From an uncultured Gammaproteobacteria bacterium (GTDB lineage: Bacteria > Patescibacteriota > Microgenomatia > Curtissbacterales > GWA2-41-24), in contig CAZLVB010000002.1 of NCBI GenBank assembly GCA_964562855.1, forward strand, positions 1 through 52,585: a stretch of 52,585 nucleotides of DNA. Reading direction: 5' to 3'. Below, one piece after another: positions 1-8,123 of the stretch (positions within the stretch are counted from its first letter, which is position 1; every line of letters begins with the position of its first letter). The notes beneath the pieces were generated by a model. The model searched no databases and had not been told where the DNA came from. It was given only the letters and a program-made list of their open reading frames with translations. The position numbers and the translations under genes are program-made.

Positions 1-1
1 C

Positions 2-826
2 CAACAGTTTTGCCGGGGGCCAACGGGCTGCTCACGAGAAGGCCCGGTCATTCCCCAGTCAGAAGGCCCCTTTGTAGAAATAACGGCTATCGACAAAGAC
101 GGAAATAACATTGCCCACTACCAGACAGGCACACCGCCCGAAACGCCGAGTCCATCGCCGACACCTGCGCTTTCCCCAAGCCCAACTTCCCAGCCGCCTG
201 CCGCAACTGTTAGTGAGGTTGAAAAAGAACAAGTACCCCAGGTAAAGCAGCCGCTTCTTTCCAACCGGAATCTGGGCATTTTGTTAATTTTAATTGCCTT
301 GGTATTAATTGTCTTTGCGACAACTAGCGGCGGCTGTTCCGACCTTTGTACTGAAGGAAGTTGCCGAGACTGTGAACTGACCGCAATTAGAGTAGCCGTC
401 CACGGGACTGAACCCGGTGAGATAGAAGAAATGCTGGAAGACTTAGATGTTCTTAAATGGTTCAGGTGGATACCGGGGGCAACACCCGGCGGCAAAGAGT
501 TAATTCCCCAAATCGTTGAAAAAGCCAAAAAAATTGGCCAAAAACTCAAGGAGCTCGGGATGAAAATAAATGGGGCGGATGTTTATGCCACTATTTCCTG
601 GGAAGAATGCCAAAGGGTATCCTGTTTGATTTTTTGGACACGAACAACATGGGTCAAAGCCCAAAAAGAAATTAAAATACCTCCGGTCCAGCAATATCGG
701 TATCTTGACATTGATAATCCCGACGCCTGGAAGCCAGGCTGTCTAGTTGATGAAAAGCAGAGAAAGGGAATCCATCGTTACATAGAAAGAGTAGCCCTTA
801 AAAACTGCCCCGAAAAGTGCCGCTAA
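2..826 (+). CDS. Membrane-anchored Cys-rich hypothetical protein, 5' truncated by the window edge
   Basis: The frame of ORF 281..826 is open from base 2 (QQFCRGPTGCSREGP...), followed by a Pro/Ser/Thr linker, a TM helix (LGILLILIALVLIVFA) and a Cys-rich C-terminal domain. Confidence 0.7.
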   Translation, partial: QQFCRGPTGCSREGPVIPQSEGPFVEITAIDKDGNNIAHYQTGTPPETPSPSPTPALSPSPTSQPPAATVSEVEKEQVPQVKQPLLSNRNLGILLILIALVLIVFATTSGGCSDLCTEGSCRDCELTAIRVAVHGTEPGEIEEMLEDLDVLKWFRWIPGATPGGKELIPQIVEKAKKIGQKLKELGMKINGADVYATISWEECQRVSCLIFWTRTTWVKAQKEIKIPPVQQYRYLDIDNPDAWKPGCLVDEKQRKGIHRYIERVALKNCPEKCR

Positions 827-829
827 AAC

Positions 830-852
830 CTTTTGGAATTTAGAAGTCAAAA
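830..852. repeat. 23-bp junction repeat copy 1 (CTTTTGGAATTTAGAAGTCAAAA)
   Basis: Exact copies at 2692 and 7773, 20/23 copy at 8101. Lies between two convergent stop codons (826 and 857). Confidence 0.9.
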
Positions 853-856
853 AATA

Positions 857-1132
857 TTAGGATTTTCTATACAATTCGTCATGAGTTCCCAGTGCAACAA
901 AGTAAGCAACAGAGTCTCCTCCTATTTGTATTTCTTTGTAGACTGCGCGGTAGTTGGAAGTTATATCGATACTCCTATATCCTTGCCATTCTCTTTTCAA
1001 CGGATGATTATCTAACCGAAGATCTGCGGGATCTTTGGTAAATAATAGGATTCTTTCTTTAAAACTTTTGCGGATTCTAACGTCTAATTTCTTTAGTTTT
1101 TTGACAACGCCAGGGCTTAACTTGACGTTCAT
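857..1132 (-). CDS. Type II toxin, RelE/YafQ-family mRNA interferase
   Basis: 91 aa, basic, motifs LDNHPLKREWQGYRSIDI and C-terminal LGTHDELY. Overlaps the upstream antitoxin. Confidence 0.85.
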   Translation of the reverse strand: MNVKLSPGVVKKLKKLDVRIRKSFKERILLFTKDPADLRLDNHPLKREWQGYRSIDITSNYRAVYKEIQIGGDSVAYFVALGTHDELYRKS

Positions 1133-1410
1133 ATGCCCTGTTTCTCAAGCCACTTGACTGCATCCTCTCCGGTATGAAATATGGGGGATCCCTTACCCTC
1201 TTCTAAATCTTTTTGCGCTTGCTTAATAGTTTTGATTAGATACTCACTGGGTTCTTCATCTCTAGCGCTGAACTCTACAGTTTTAGTTTTTATAAATTGC
1301 TTTAAGAAAGCCTTAATAACAACGGACAAAGGCATACCAAGTGCCGCAGCCGTTTTTTGAGCTTCTTTCTTGGTTTGGGGATCAACCTTGATGGTAACAA
1401 CAGTACTCAT
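1129..1410 (-). CDS. RelB/DinJ-family antitoxin
   Basis: N-terminal RHH-like TIKVDPQTKKEAQKTAAALGMPLSVVIKAFLKQF and acidic C-terminus. Start set at ATG 1410, downstream of the promoter. Confidence 0.85.
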   Translation of the reverse strand: MSTVVTIKVDPQTKKEAQKTAAALGMPLSVVIKAFLKQFIKTKTVEFSARDEEPSEYLIKTIKQAQKDLEEGKGSPIFHTGEDAVKWLEKQGI

Positions 1411-1450
1411 GGTATGCCAAAGTATATACGATAGCATACCAATTTGTCAA
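1411..1450 (-). promoter_or_regulatory. Sigma70 promoter and probable autoregulatory operator of the TA operon
   Basis: Minus strand TTGACA (1450-1445) ... TATACT (1426-1421). Inverted repeat GGTATGC (1411-1417) / GCATACC (1434-1440) brackets the -10. Confidence 0.6.
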
Positions 1451-1456
1451 CCTCAG

Positions 1457-2628
1457 CTATTGAAAAACTTTTTGAGCTTTTTCAGCGTCCCTGCCTCTGT
1501 CATCAAGAGCCCAGACAGTAACCACGGCATCAACACATTCTCCCGGAGTATCATAGTACCAAAGTATCTGTTCTGCCTTAGCAGGCCCAACAAAGTATCC
1601 GCAGTTTATTTTCCAGACATATCTGAGGTTCTCCCCACGGGCCGAGGCTTTTAGCAGATATCGATGAGGGAGTTCCTCATAAGAACCGTGAAGCTGGGTA
1701 TAATCAACCCTATCTATACTAACTGTATTCTCTGTTTCTTTCTTAGCCGAGCATTCTACCTTCGTACTTACTAACACTCTCTCATCAAAATAAGTCGAAT
1801 TTAAAAAACCATTTCGATTCTCTTCAGGAGGGGGAGTAAACAATCCAGTCATTTTCCCTCTTAAGCGAGCCTCAATGCTGACCACGGAAAAACCTTCTTC
1901 TCTGCAAAAAAAGTCTCTTCGGTAGAAACAGAATCAAATGCCTCAAGCGTAGTTAAATTTGGACGAGACTCAACTAAAGTTGGCCCTACAACTTCGCTAG
2001 CCTGATCTACGATGAATTTACCCTGGACACTTGAAGTCCTACTAATATAGTCTTTGACTATAACCCCGTCATCTAGAACTATGGTCAATATGTTGCCTGT
2101 ATTTTTTATTTTTGCGCGCACCAAGAACGAATCGGCAACATTAACTGGTAGAATAGGTCCAGTTATATCTACATTAAAAAATCCTAATGTGACCACCAAA
2201 GAACTAAAATGAGATAATTCAGCCGAAATTTTAGTTTTACCTGCAGCTTCCATAATCACCTCTACATTCTCAATAGGTAGAAAATCTTCACCAGAAAGAT
2301 GAGAAATCACGGGGATAAAGCCTCCCGAGTCCACATTGATTTTGACAGTAGCCGGTTGGGAGAGTGTTAATCCACCTGGAATTAGCTCATAAACTAAAAC
2401 ACCTTCATCATCTTGATTAGCCGTTCGTTTTACGGCAATATCTTTTTCTGATACGCCCTTAGGCAAGCTGCCTCGAGGAATTGTCAGCGCGACCTTTGCG
2501 TCATCCGACGCAACCTCAAACGTATTTAAGCCCTCATTTCTGCGGCTCGTAAACCACATAGCCAAAACCAAAGCAACAACCAGAACAAATACAACCACTA
2601 AAGGTAGAGCAAAGCCTCTCTTTGTCAC
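1457..2628 (-). pseudogene. Membrane-anchored/secreted beta-rich protein split by a 1-nt frameshift (or assembly homopolymer error)
   Basis: ORFs 1861..2628 and 1457..1885 join into one frame (..EETFFCREEGFSVVSIEARL..) if one A is added to the A7 run at 1906-1912. N-terminus MTKRGFALPLVVV is signal-anchor/prepilin-like. Confidence 0.65.
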
Positions 2629-2691
2629 AATTTCAGTCTAGCATTTTATGTGAGAGTCAACAAAATTGGGGCTAAAGTAACTCGCCATACG

Positions 2692-2714
2692 CTTTTGGAA
2701 TTTAGAAGTCAAAA
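2692..2714. repeat. 23-bp junction repeat copy 2
   Basis: Exact match to 830-852 and 7773-7795. Confidence 0.9.
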
Positions 2715-2792
2715 TTAACTTTTTTCTAATAAAGACCTTTTTATATTCGTAGCAATTACACGACTGAAAAGAATATATTCCTATGAAAACGG

Positions 2793-2993
2793 TTATGCAG
2801 CAAGTTTTACGTTTTTTGCGCTTGGACCTTTTTCACCTTCCACAACATCAAACGTGACAGCTGCTCCTTCTTGAAGTTCATCAAAAGTGACACCAACTAA
2901 ATCTGTAGAGTGAAAAAAAAGATCCTTTTCTTCTCCTTCACGGGTAATGAATCCGTATCCTTTATCGGTTTTTGTTTTAATTGTTCCATTCAT
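2793..2993 (-). CDS. csp: Cold-shock domain protein (CspA family)
   Basis: RNP1 KGYGFI, RNP2-like LFFH, C-terminal KGPSAKNV. 66 aa. Confidence 0.95.
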   Translation of the reverse strand: MNGTIKTKTDKGYGFITREGEEKDLFFHSTDLVGVTFDELQEGAAVTFDVVEGEKGPSAKNVKLAA

Positions 2994-3408
2994 AAATGTT
3001 TGTAAATTGATTTACTAAATCTACTTGTCCTCCTTTCCTTCTTGTTATTGTACTATTTTGGGCGAAAATTGCGTAGAGGCCCAAAAAACCTTACTTCGTA
3101 TTTACTAAATCAGCCCGAAAAATTCAATCAGCTCCGCGATGTTAACGCCAAGTCTGACTTGGCAGTCGCGTCTAACGCGGCGCACTTACCTGTCCGCCGT
3201 AATTTTCTTGATCCTCGAAGCTCTTGAGCGTAGTAGATAGCGTAGTAGATAATAAAGGCGGAGGACTTTTTTTCTAAAGACCAATGCGGAGTTCGAGCCG
3301 ATATCTTCGTGATTAGGGGATTTTCGAACCTTGCGCTGATCAGGTAACTAAAATCAACCGCGCTTGACAAGTATTAAGCGTCAATGATAAGGTCTTATTT
3401 ATCTTATA

Positions 3409-3912
3409 ATGGCAGAAGAAACAAAATCCAGCCTTAGCCCGGCAATCGTCGTTGTTGGGATTGTGGCGCTGGTAATTATTGCGATTGCCCTGTTCTTCGC
3501 TTTCGGTAAATCACAGCAATCAGTAACTTCTTCCCAAGAAACTGGTGAAGAAATCACAGCTTCACAGGAAACCCGAACTCCTACCGGCTCATTCGAGTTT
3601 CGGGGTCCCGGATACGTAGAAGTTTCTGATCCCAGAGAAGCAAGTATCATCATCGTCAACGCCCCAGGTGCCCAAGCAGCGAGGCCGATTGACGTCACTT
3701 TAAAGGTCGACGGCAAAGAAGTATGGAAAGAAACCATCAAAGCAGGTGAGTCCAATTGTGGTGATGCCAATACGTGCAGCATCACAGCTCCATCCAAACA
3801 AACCTGGGAAGGCATTCGTGAAGGCCAATATGGCCCAACACTCGAAGCGACTGACGCCGCCGGGAATCTCCTCGCACTCTTCGCAAATCTGGGCGCCTCT
3901 GAAGGTTTTTAG
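3409..3912 (+). CDS. Single-pass membrane protein with small extracellular beta domain
   Basis: N-terminal TM, S/T/E-rich linker, Cys pair (CGDANTC). TTGACA at 3364 upstream. Confidence 0.7.
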   Translation: MAEETKSSLSPAIVVVGIVALVIIAIALFFAFGKSQQSVTSSQETGEEITASQETRTPTGSFEFRGPGYVEVSDPREASIIIVNAPGAQAARPIDVTLKVDGKEVWKETIKAGESNCGDANTCSITAPSKQTWEGIREGQYGPTLEATDAAGNLLALFANLGASEGF

Positions 3913-4050
3913 ACCAGTTTTCCCTTCAGTAGATCATCACTCTACAACCTTCAAGATAGACTTGGGTTGGCACATAGTGGAGCGGAAAAATTTTACCTCT
4001 TTCTGTTTATCAGAGGGCAAAATTGGAAGTTAAAAATAGTTGCAATTCCC

Positions 4051-4911
4051 TTATTTTTGGACTACAACCCTGTGCGGATATGGAATCTCAATCTTTTCGC
4101 GGTCAAATGCAATCTTTATCCTCTTTCTCAATTCTCTTGCCACATCCCACTGTTTGATCGGTTTTGTTTCCCCCAATACCTTAATCTCAATTGCCGATTC
4201 CGCAAAATCGTCAACCCCTAGAACTTCTGGGGTTTTAGTAATCAGAGGCCCAAATTCTTTATCACGTAACATTTCCTTACCAACTCTGTTTAGAACTTTA
4301 ATAGCTTTATCTAAATTTGTTTCATATGCAACTGGAACGTTCAAATTCACCCTAGCGTAGCCTAGTGTCAAATTGGAAGCTGTTTTAATTTCTCCATTGG
4401 GAATGGAATGCACAACACCGTCCAAATCCCGCAAAATTGTCCGCCGCAAGTTAACATCCTCAACCAGACCTGCCGAATCGGCTATTTTAACCACATCTCC
4501 CTTTCGATATTGATTCTCCATGATAATGAAAAAACCAGCTATCAAATCCCTCACCAAATTTTGAGCCCCGAATCCAAAAGCAAGACCTACCAATCCTGCT
4601 CCAGTCAAAAGAGGCACAATATCTATCCCCAATTCCGAAAGTATCATCAAACCCCCAAGTAAAAACAGGACAGCAGCAATGGCATTTGAAACAACCGAGC
4701 CCAAAGTTTCCATCCTTTTTACAAAAGATTCTTTATTTTCTCCTGCTCGCCTTTCTGTCAAAGCGAGTATTTTAGGGGTAGTTCTTTTCAAAAAAAGTCT
4801 GGCTACAAATACAACCAAAACTATAACGAGAATTTTTAATCCGGAGGAAAAGACCTTGGCAATTATCAATTCAAAATCTATTTCAAAACCCACGACCATT
4901 AACTTAACCAA
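4051..4911 (-). CDS. Small-conductance mechanosensitive channel (MscS/YbiO family)
   Basis: GAGLVGLAFGFGAQNLVRDLIAGFFIIMENQYRKGDVV, G-x-VE-x-VNLRRT-x-LRDLDG-x-VH-x-IPNG. Start uncertain (possibly 4896). Confidence 0.92.
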   Translation of the reverse strand: MVKLMVVGFEIDFELIIAKVFSSGLKILVIVLVVFVARLFLKRTTPKILALTERRAGENKESFVKRMETLGSVVSNAIAAVLFLLGGLMILSELGIDIVPLLTGAGLVGLAFGFGAQNLVRDLIAGFFIIMENQYRKGDVVKIADSAGLVEDVNLRRTILRDLDGVVHSIPNGEIKTASNLTLGYARVNLNVPVAYETNLDKAIKVLNRVGKEMLRDKEFGPLITKTPEVLGVDDFAESAIEIKVLGETKPIKQWDVARELRKRIKIAFDREKIEIPYPHRVVVQK

Positions 4912-4987
4912 AAGGCCAAACTATGTCAAATTCTAGAATACGCGGGGTCTTAAAAGTATTCACAAGTCATGATATCTTAAGATTAAG

Positions 4988-6223
4988 ATGCTTGACTTAG
5001 CAGTTTTGCTGTTGATTCTGATTCTGTCATCCGCCTTTTTTTCCGGCGCAGAAGTTGCCTTCCTTTCAGTCAGTCAAGTCAAAATAAGATCTTTGATAAA
5101 AGAGGGGAAAATCGGTGCCGGTGCCTTACAACGACTCAGGTCGAAACCTCAAAAAATGATTATAACCATATTAATTGGAAACAATGTCGCCAATTTCTCA
5201 GCAGCAGCCCTAGTTACAATTATTGTCGAAAATATGCTTGGATCCCGGTGGATTGGTGCAGGAGTGGGTATCCTCACACTCATAATACTAATCTTTGGCG
5301 AAATTATCCCTAAATCAATATCAACAACTCACTCACAAACAATCGCTCTATCACTGGCTCAACCTATCGAAATTTTAAGTATAGCCCTTTCACCTATAGT
5401 TAGCCTACTAACAAAACTCTCAACAGTCATAAACAAGTTAATCAAGGCAAAATCTTATACGGCACTTACCAGAATGGATGTAAAATCGGTAATTGAACTG
5501 GGGCTGCAAAGCCATGTCATAGAACCTCATGAAGAGAGAATCTTACTTAAGACTTTAAAACTTCACGACATTTTAGCTTCAGAAATCATGACGCCGAAAG
5601 ACAAGATTTTTTCCCTAAACTCCAACCTAAGAGTTACAGAAACACACGCAAGAATCGAGAATCTGCGCTACTCTAGAATTCCTGTCTACGAGAAAAACCC
5701 AGACAATATTGTAGGTGTTGTCAACACGATTGATATCCTAAAATCAACCAGAATTGGAAACGAAAATCAAACCCTCAATGAAATTGCCGCAAGTCCGACC
5801 TTCGTAGCTGACGAGACCAAAATAGACTCTATTCTCAGATTCTTCCAGCGTAACCAGTCACATATGATTATAGTCATCAACAACCAAAAGAAGCTTGTGG
5901 GGCTCATCACCCTCGAGGATATTCTGGAGGAAATAGTCGGGGAAATCACAGACGAAAAGGAATTATCTCCGGGTGCAATAGTTCGTATAGATAAAAACAC
6001 AATTATCGCCCACGGCCAAACACAGATCTCAAGGATCAACCGTTTTTTAAACATTAATCTTCCGGAAAATTTAAAAACCTTATCAGAATTAATTCGCTCA
6101 AAAACCACTAAAATCAAAACAGGCGACAGTTTTGAAATTAACGGGGTTAAGATAACAATACTGCAAATTTACATGCATTCCTTAAGAAAAATTAGGTTGG
6201 AAAAAATAAACCCAAGTGTCTAG
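4988..6223 (+). CDS. CNNM/HlyC-CorC family transporter (DUF21 + CBS pair + CorC_HlyC)
   Basis: SAFFSGAEVAF, ILIGNNVAN, FGEIIPKS, YSRIPVY, GLITLEDILEEIVGEI. Confidence 0.92.
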   Translation: MLDLAVLLLILILSSAFFSGAEVAFLSVSQVKIRSLIKEGKIGAGALQRLRSKPQKMIITILIGNNVANFSAAALVTIIVENMLGSRWIGAGVGILTLIILIFGEIIPKSISTTHSQTIALSLAQPIEILSIALSPIVSLLTKLSTVINKLIKAKSYTALTRMDVKSVIELGLQSHVIEPHEERILLKTLKLHDILASEIMTPKDKIFSLNSNLRVTETHARIENLRYSRIPVYEKNPDNIVGVVNTIDILKSTRIGNENQTLNEIAASPTFVADETKIDSILRFFQRNQSHMIIVINNQKKLVGLITLEDILEEIVGEITDEKELSPGAIVRIDKNTIIAHGQTQISRINRFLNINLPENLKTLSELIRSKTTKIKTGDSFEINGVKITILQIYMHSLRKIRLEKINPSV

Positions 6224-6390
6224 CTTAAAAGTATATCAGAAGCCTAAATTTGAGGCTAGAATAATCAGCTCGCAGGATGGGACGATTTCAGAACGGCCAA
6301 TTGGCCGGAAATCGTGGATTATCCGGAAATTACTTTACAACAAACACAACAACTTCTTCAGTTGGTCACCTGACATTTCGGGTAAAATAT

Positions 6391-6669
6391 TTATGATCTA
6401 AGTTCTTTATCAACTCTATCTGACAAGAAAATCTTTATCAATGACTGATAAGGGACATCTCTTGCATTAGCAATTTGTTTTATTCTCGCCAGTAAATATT
6501 TGGGCAATCTTAAGGATATCGATTCAGTCGAAGGTCGTAGATTTGGGAAAATGACGTGTTCCGCTTTGGACCAATCTATATATTCAGTTGAATCATGCAC
6601 TGCCCAGAATGCTCTCTCTTCGTCTTCGGTTTTAAACTTAGGAATCAATTTTAACTTTTTCATATTCAC
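6391..6669 (-). CDS. BrnA/CopG-family antitoxin
   Basis: IPKFKTEDEERAFWAVHDSTEY...ISLRLP...A..DVPYQSLIK. Overlaps the BrnT gene. Confidence 0.85.
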   Translation of the reverse strand: MNMKKLKLIPKFKTEDEERAFWAVHDSTEYIDWSKAEHVIFPNLRPSTESISLRLPKYLLARIKQIANARDVPYQSLIKIFLSDRVDKELRS

Positions 6670-6943
6670 CCCTCTCTTTAATATTCATATCTCGAAAAGA
6701 AATAGGTCTTACTTTCCGATTTCTTATTGTAAAAGATATGAACAATAGCCTATTTTGGTTTGTTTTTCCTAATGCTTGATACCTTATCTCTCGATCCGAG
6801 TGTGCCTTATCTTCGTTAAGTAACAAAGGCTTATGGCTGAAAATTTCCTCTGCTTCTTGATAAGTGACATTATGTTTTATTAAATTTTTGTCGATATTAC
6901 CCTGATCCCAATCAAAAGCAACGGGCTCAGGTAGTATCTTCAC
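6638..6943 (-). CDS. BrnT-family ribonuclease toxin
   Basis: FDWDQGNIDKNLIKHNVTYQEAEEIF, HSDREIRY, VRPISFRDMN..ER. Confidence 0.9.
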   Translation of the reverse strand: MKILPEPVAFDWDQGNIDKNLIKHNVTYQEAEEIFSHKPLLLNEDKAHSDREIRYQALGKTNQNRLLFISFTIRNRKVRPISFRDMNIKERGEYEKVKIDS

Positions 6944-6949
6944 TTATTA

Positions 6950-6978
6950 AGTATATTACAAGAATATACAAAAGTCAA
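6950..6978 (-). promoter_or_regulatory. Sigma70 promoter of the brnT-brnA pair
   Basis: Minus strand TTGACT-N17-TATACT immediately upstream of the GTG start, implying a near-leaderless mRNA. Confidence 0.6.
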
Positions 6979-7023
6979 TTATCCATTTGGGGTGTTGACA
7001 TTAAATTCTGGCTCTACTTAATA

Positions 7024-7042
7024 GACAACATTAGAACCTATT
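7024..7042. repeat. 19-bp direct repeat copy 1 (GACAACATTAGAACCTATT)
   Basis: Exact second copy at 7493-7511. Confidence 0.9.
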
Positions 7043-7427
7043 TTATTAATACATGACCAGCAACTACCGCCGCAGCAAGCTGTAAAAAGAAATCAACGGC
7101 CTTGTTCCCAACGTAATTTGTTATTCTGCTAAGTAGTTTTGCCTTTGCTTTGGCATCCATTGCCCCTTGCGAATAAAAGGCAATTATTTCTTGAAACAAT
7201 TCCTTCTTTTCAGTTGAAGACAAACCACTATTTCCGATTGTATTTACCAGCTCTTTTAATAAGTAGCTAGGGTCTTGGTTCGAAAAAGTGTTACTTTGTG
7301 AAACAAATCCTTCAACATTGTGCAGTTCGATGTCGGTTTCAAAACCTTGAAATTTACAATTTATAATTTTCAGGTCTCTAGAATTTGTTGCCTTAATAGC
7401 TGTTGACATAGTGATGAATTGTACCAT
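7038..7427 (-). CDS. Hypothetical protein
   Basis: 129-aa ORF (start may be 7409) bracketed by the 19-bp direct repeats. Short beta-rich N-terminus and helical C-terminus. Confidence 0.6.
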   Translation of the reverse strand: MVQFITMSTAIKATNSRDLKIINCKFQGFETDIELHNVEGFVSQSNTFSNQDPSYLLKELVNTIGNSGLSSTEKKELFQEIIAFYSQGAMDAKAKAKLLSRITNYVGNKAVDFFLQLAAAVVAGHVLIK

Positions 7428-7492
7428 GGGTTCGATTACCCAACTCGGAGTATTAAAGAATTGAGGCTAAGTTTTACTGGTTCCACCCCGTG

Positions 7493-7511
7493 GACAACAT
7501 TAGAACCTATT
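7493..7511. repeat. 19-bp direct repeat copy 2
   Basis: Exact match to 7024-7042. Confidence 0.9.
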
Positions 7512-7517
7512 ATTTAG

Positions 7518-7757
7518 TTAATTAGCTTCGTCGGATATATTTTTGTGGGTTTCAAGGTAGTGCCTTGCAACAGTAAAAAAAGCAGCTATGCTTACTCCAA
7601 CGAATATCAAGGCGAGCAAAATTATGACGGTATTTTCAAAACCAAATAATGATTTCAAAAATAACGCTGCTGCAACTGCTCCAGAACAAAGAAAGATAAA
7701 ACTCCCTAAAAAATCCTTCATATTTTCATAGAGTAAGACTCCTTGCCACTTTTTCAT
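7518..7757 (-). CDS. Small two-TM hypothetical protein
   Basis: Two hydrophobic segments. Start at ATG 7757 or 7721, because the ORF-track start lies inside the promoter/repeat. Confidence 0.55.
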   Translation of the reverse strand: MKKWQGVLLYENMKDFLGSFIFLCSGAVAAALFLKSLFGFENTVIILLALIFVGVSIAAFFTVARHYLETHKNISDEAN

Positions 7758-7764
7758 TAATAAA

Positions 7765-7795
7765 AATATATGCTTTTGGAATTTAGAAGTCAAAA
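7765..7795 (-). promoter_or_regulatory. Junction repeat copy 3, forming sigma70 promoter TTGACT-N17-TATATT
   Basis: -35 at 7793-7788, -10 at 7770-7765. The 23-bp core 7773-7795 abuts the stop codon at 7796. Confidence 0.75.
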
Positions 7796-8071
7796 TTAGA
7801 AAAAAATAAATTTAACTAGCCAAGCGACAACACCAAGACCTATTGAAAAAATGGCGAGCATGGTTAGTATAGAAGTGTTAACAAATGTTGCTTCGCTCTT
7901 TTGAATATTGCCGCCTAAAGAAGCCGATTTCCCTAATAGCCCAACTAATATTCCTAAAATTAGCCCCACAACAGAACCAATAATTACACCATTTGTCATC
8001 CCAAACACAGCTCCCCAGAGCAGGCCATTTATTGCTCCAATAATTAATCCATATATTATTGCTGGTAACAT
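7796..8071 (-). CDS. Small Gly-rich membrane protein
   Basis: Three hydrophobic segments with GxxxG repeats. Confidence 0.65.
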   Translation of the reverse strand: MLPAIIYGLIIGAINGLLWGAVFGMTNGVIIGSVVGLILGILVGLLGKSASLGGNIQKSEATFVNTSILTMLAIFSIGLGVVAWLVKFIFF

Positions 8072-8092
8072 TTGTACAGGCAGCTTGAGTAA

Positions 8093-8123
8093 AATATATG
8101 CTTTTGGGGTTTAGAAGTCAAAG
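8093..8123 (-). promoter_or_regulatory. Junction repeat copy 4, forming sigma70 promoter TTGACT-N17-TATATT
   Basis: -35 at 8121-8116 contains the TGA stop of the upstream gene. -10 at 8098-8093. 20/23 identity to the core. Confidence 0.75.

Noticed and set aside
3140-3180. Integron attC site (GTCTAAC plus hairpin)
   Set aside because: No complementary GTTRRRY at a suitable distance and no integron integrase in the window
4015-4036. Fifth copy of the 23-bp repeat after mscS (AATTGGAAGTTAAAA)
   Set aside because: Similarity is too weak in AT-rich sequence to support without a PWM
830-8123. CRISPR array interpretation of the 23-bp repeat
   Set aside because: Spacing is 0.3-5 kb and encloses whole genes. 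No cas genes and no regular spacers
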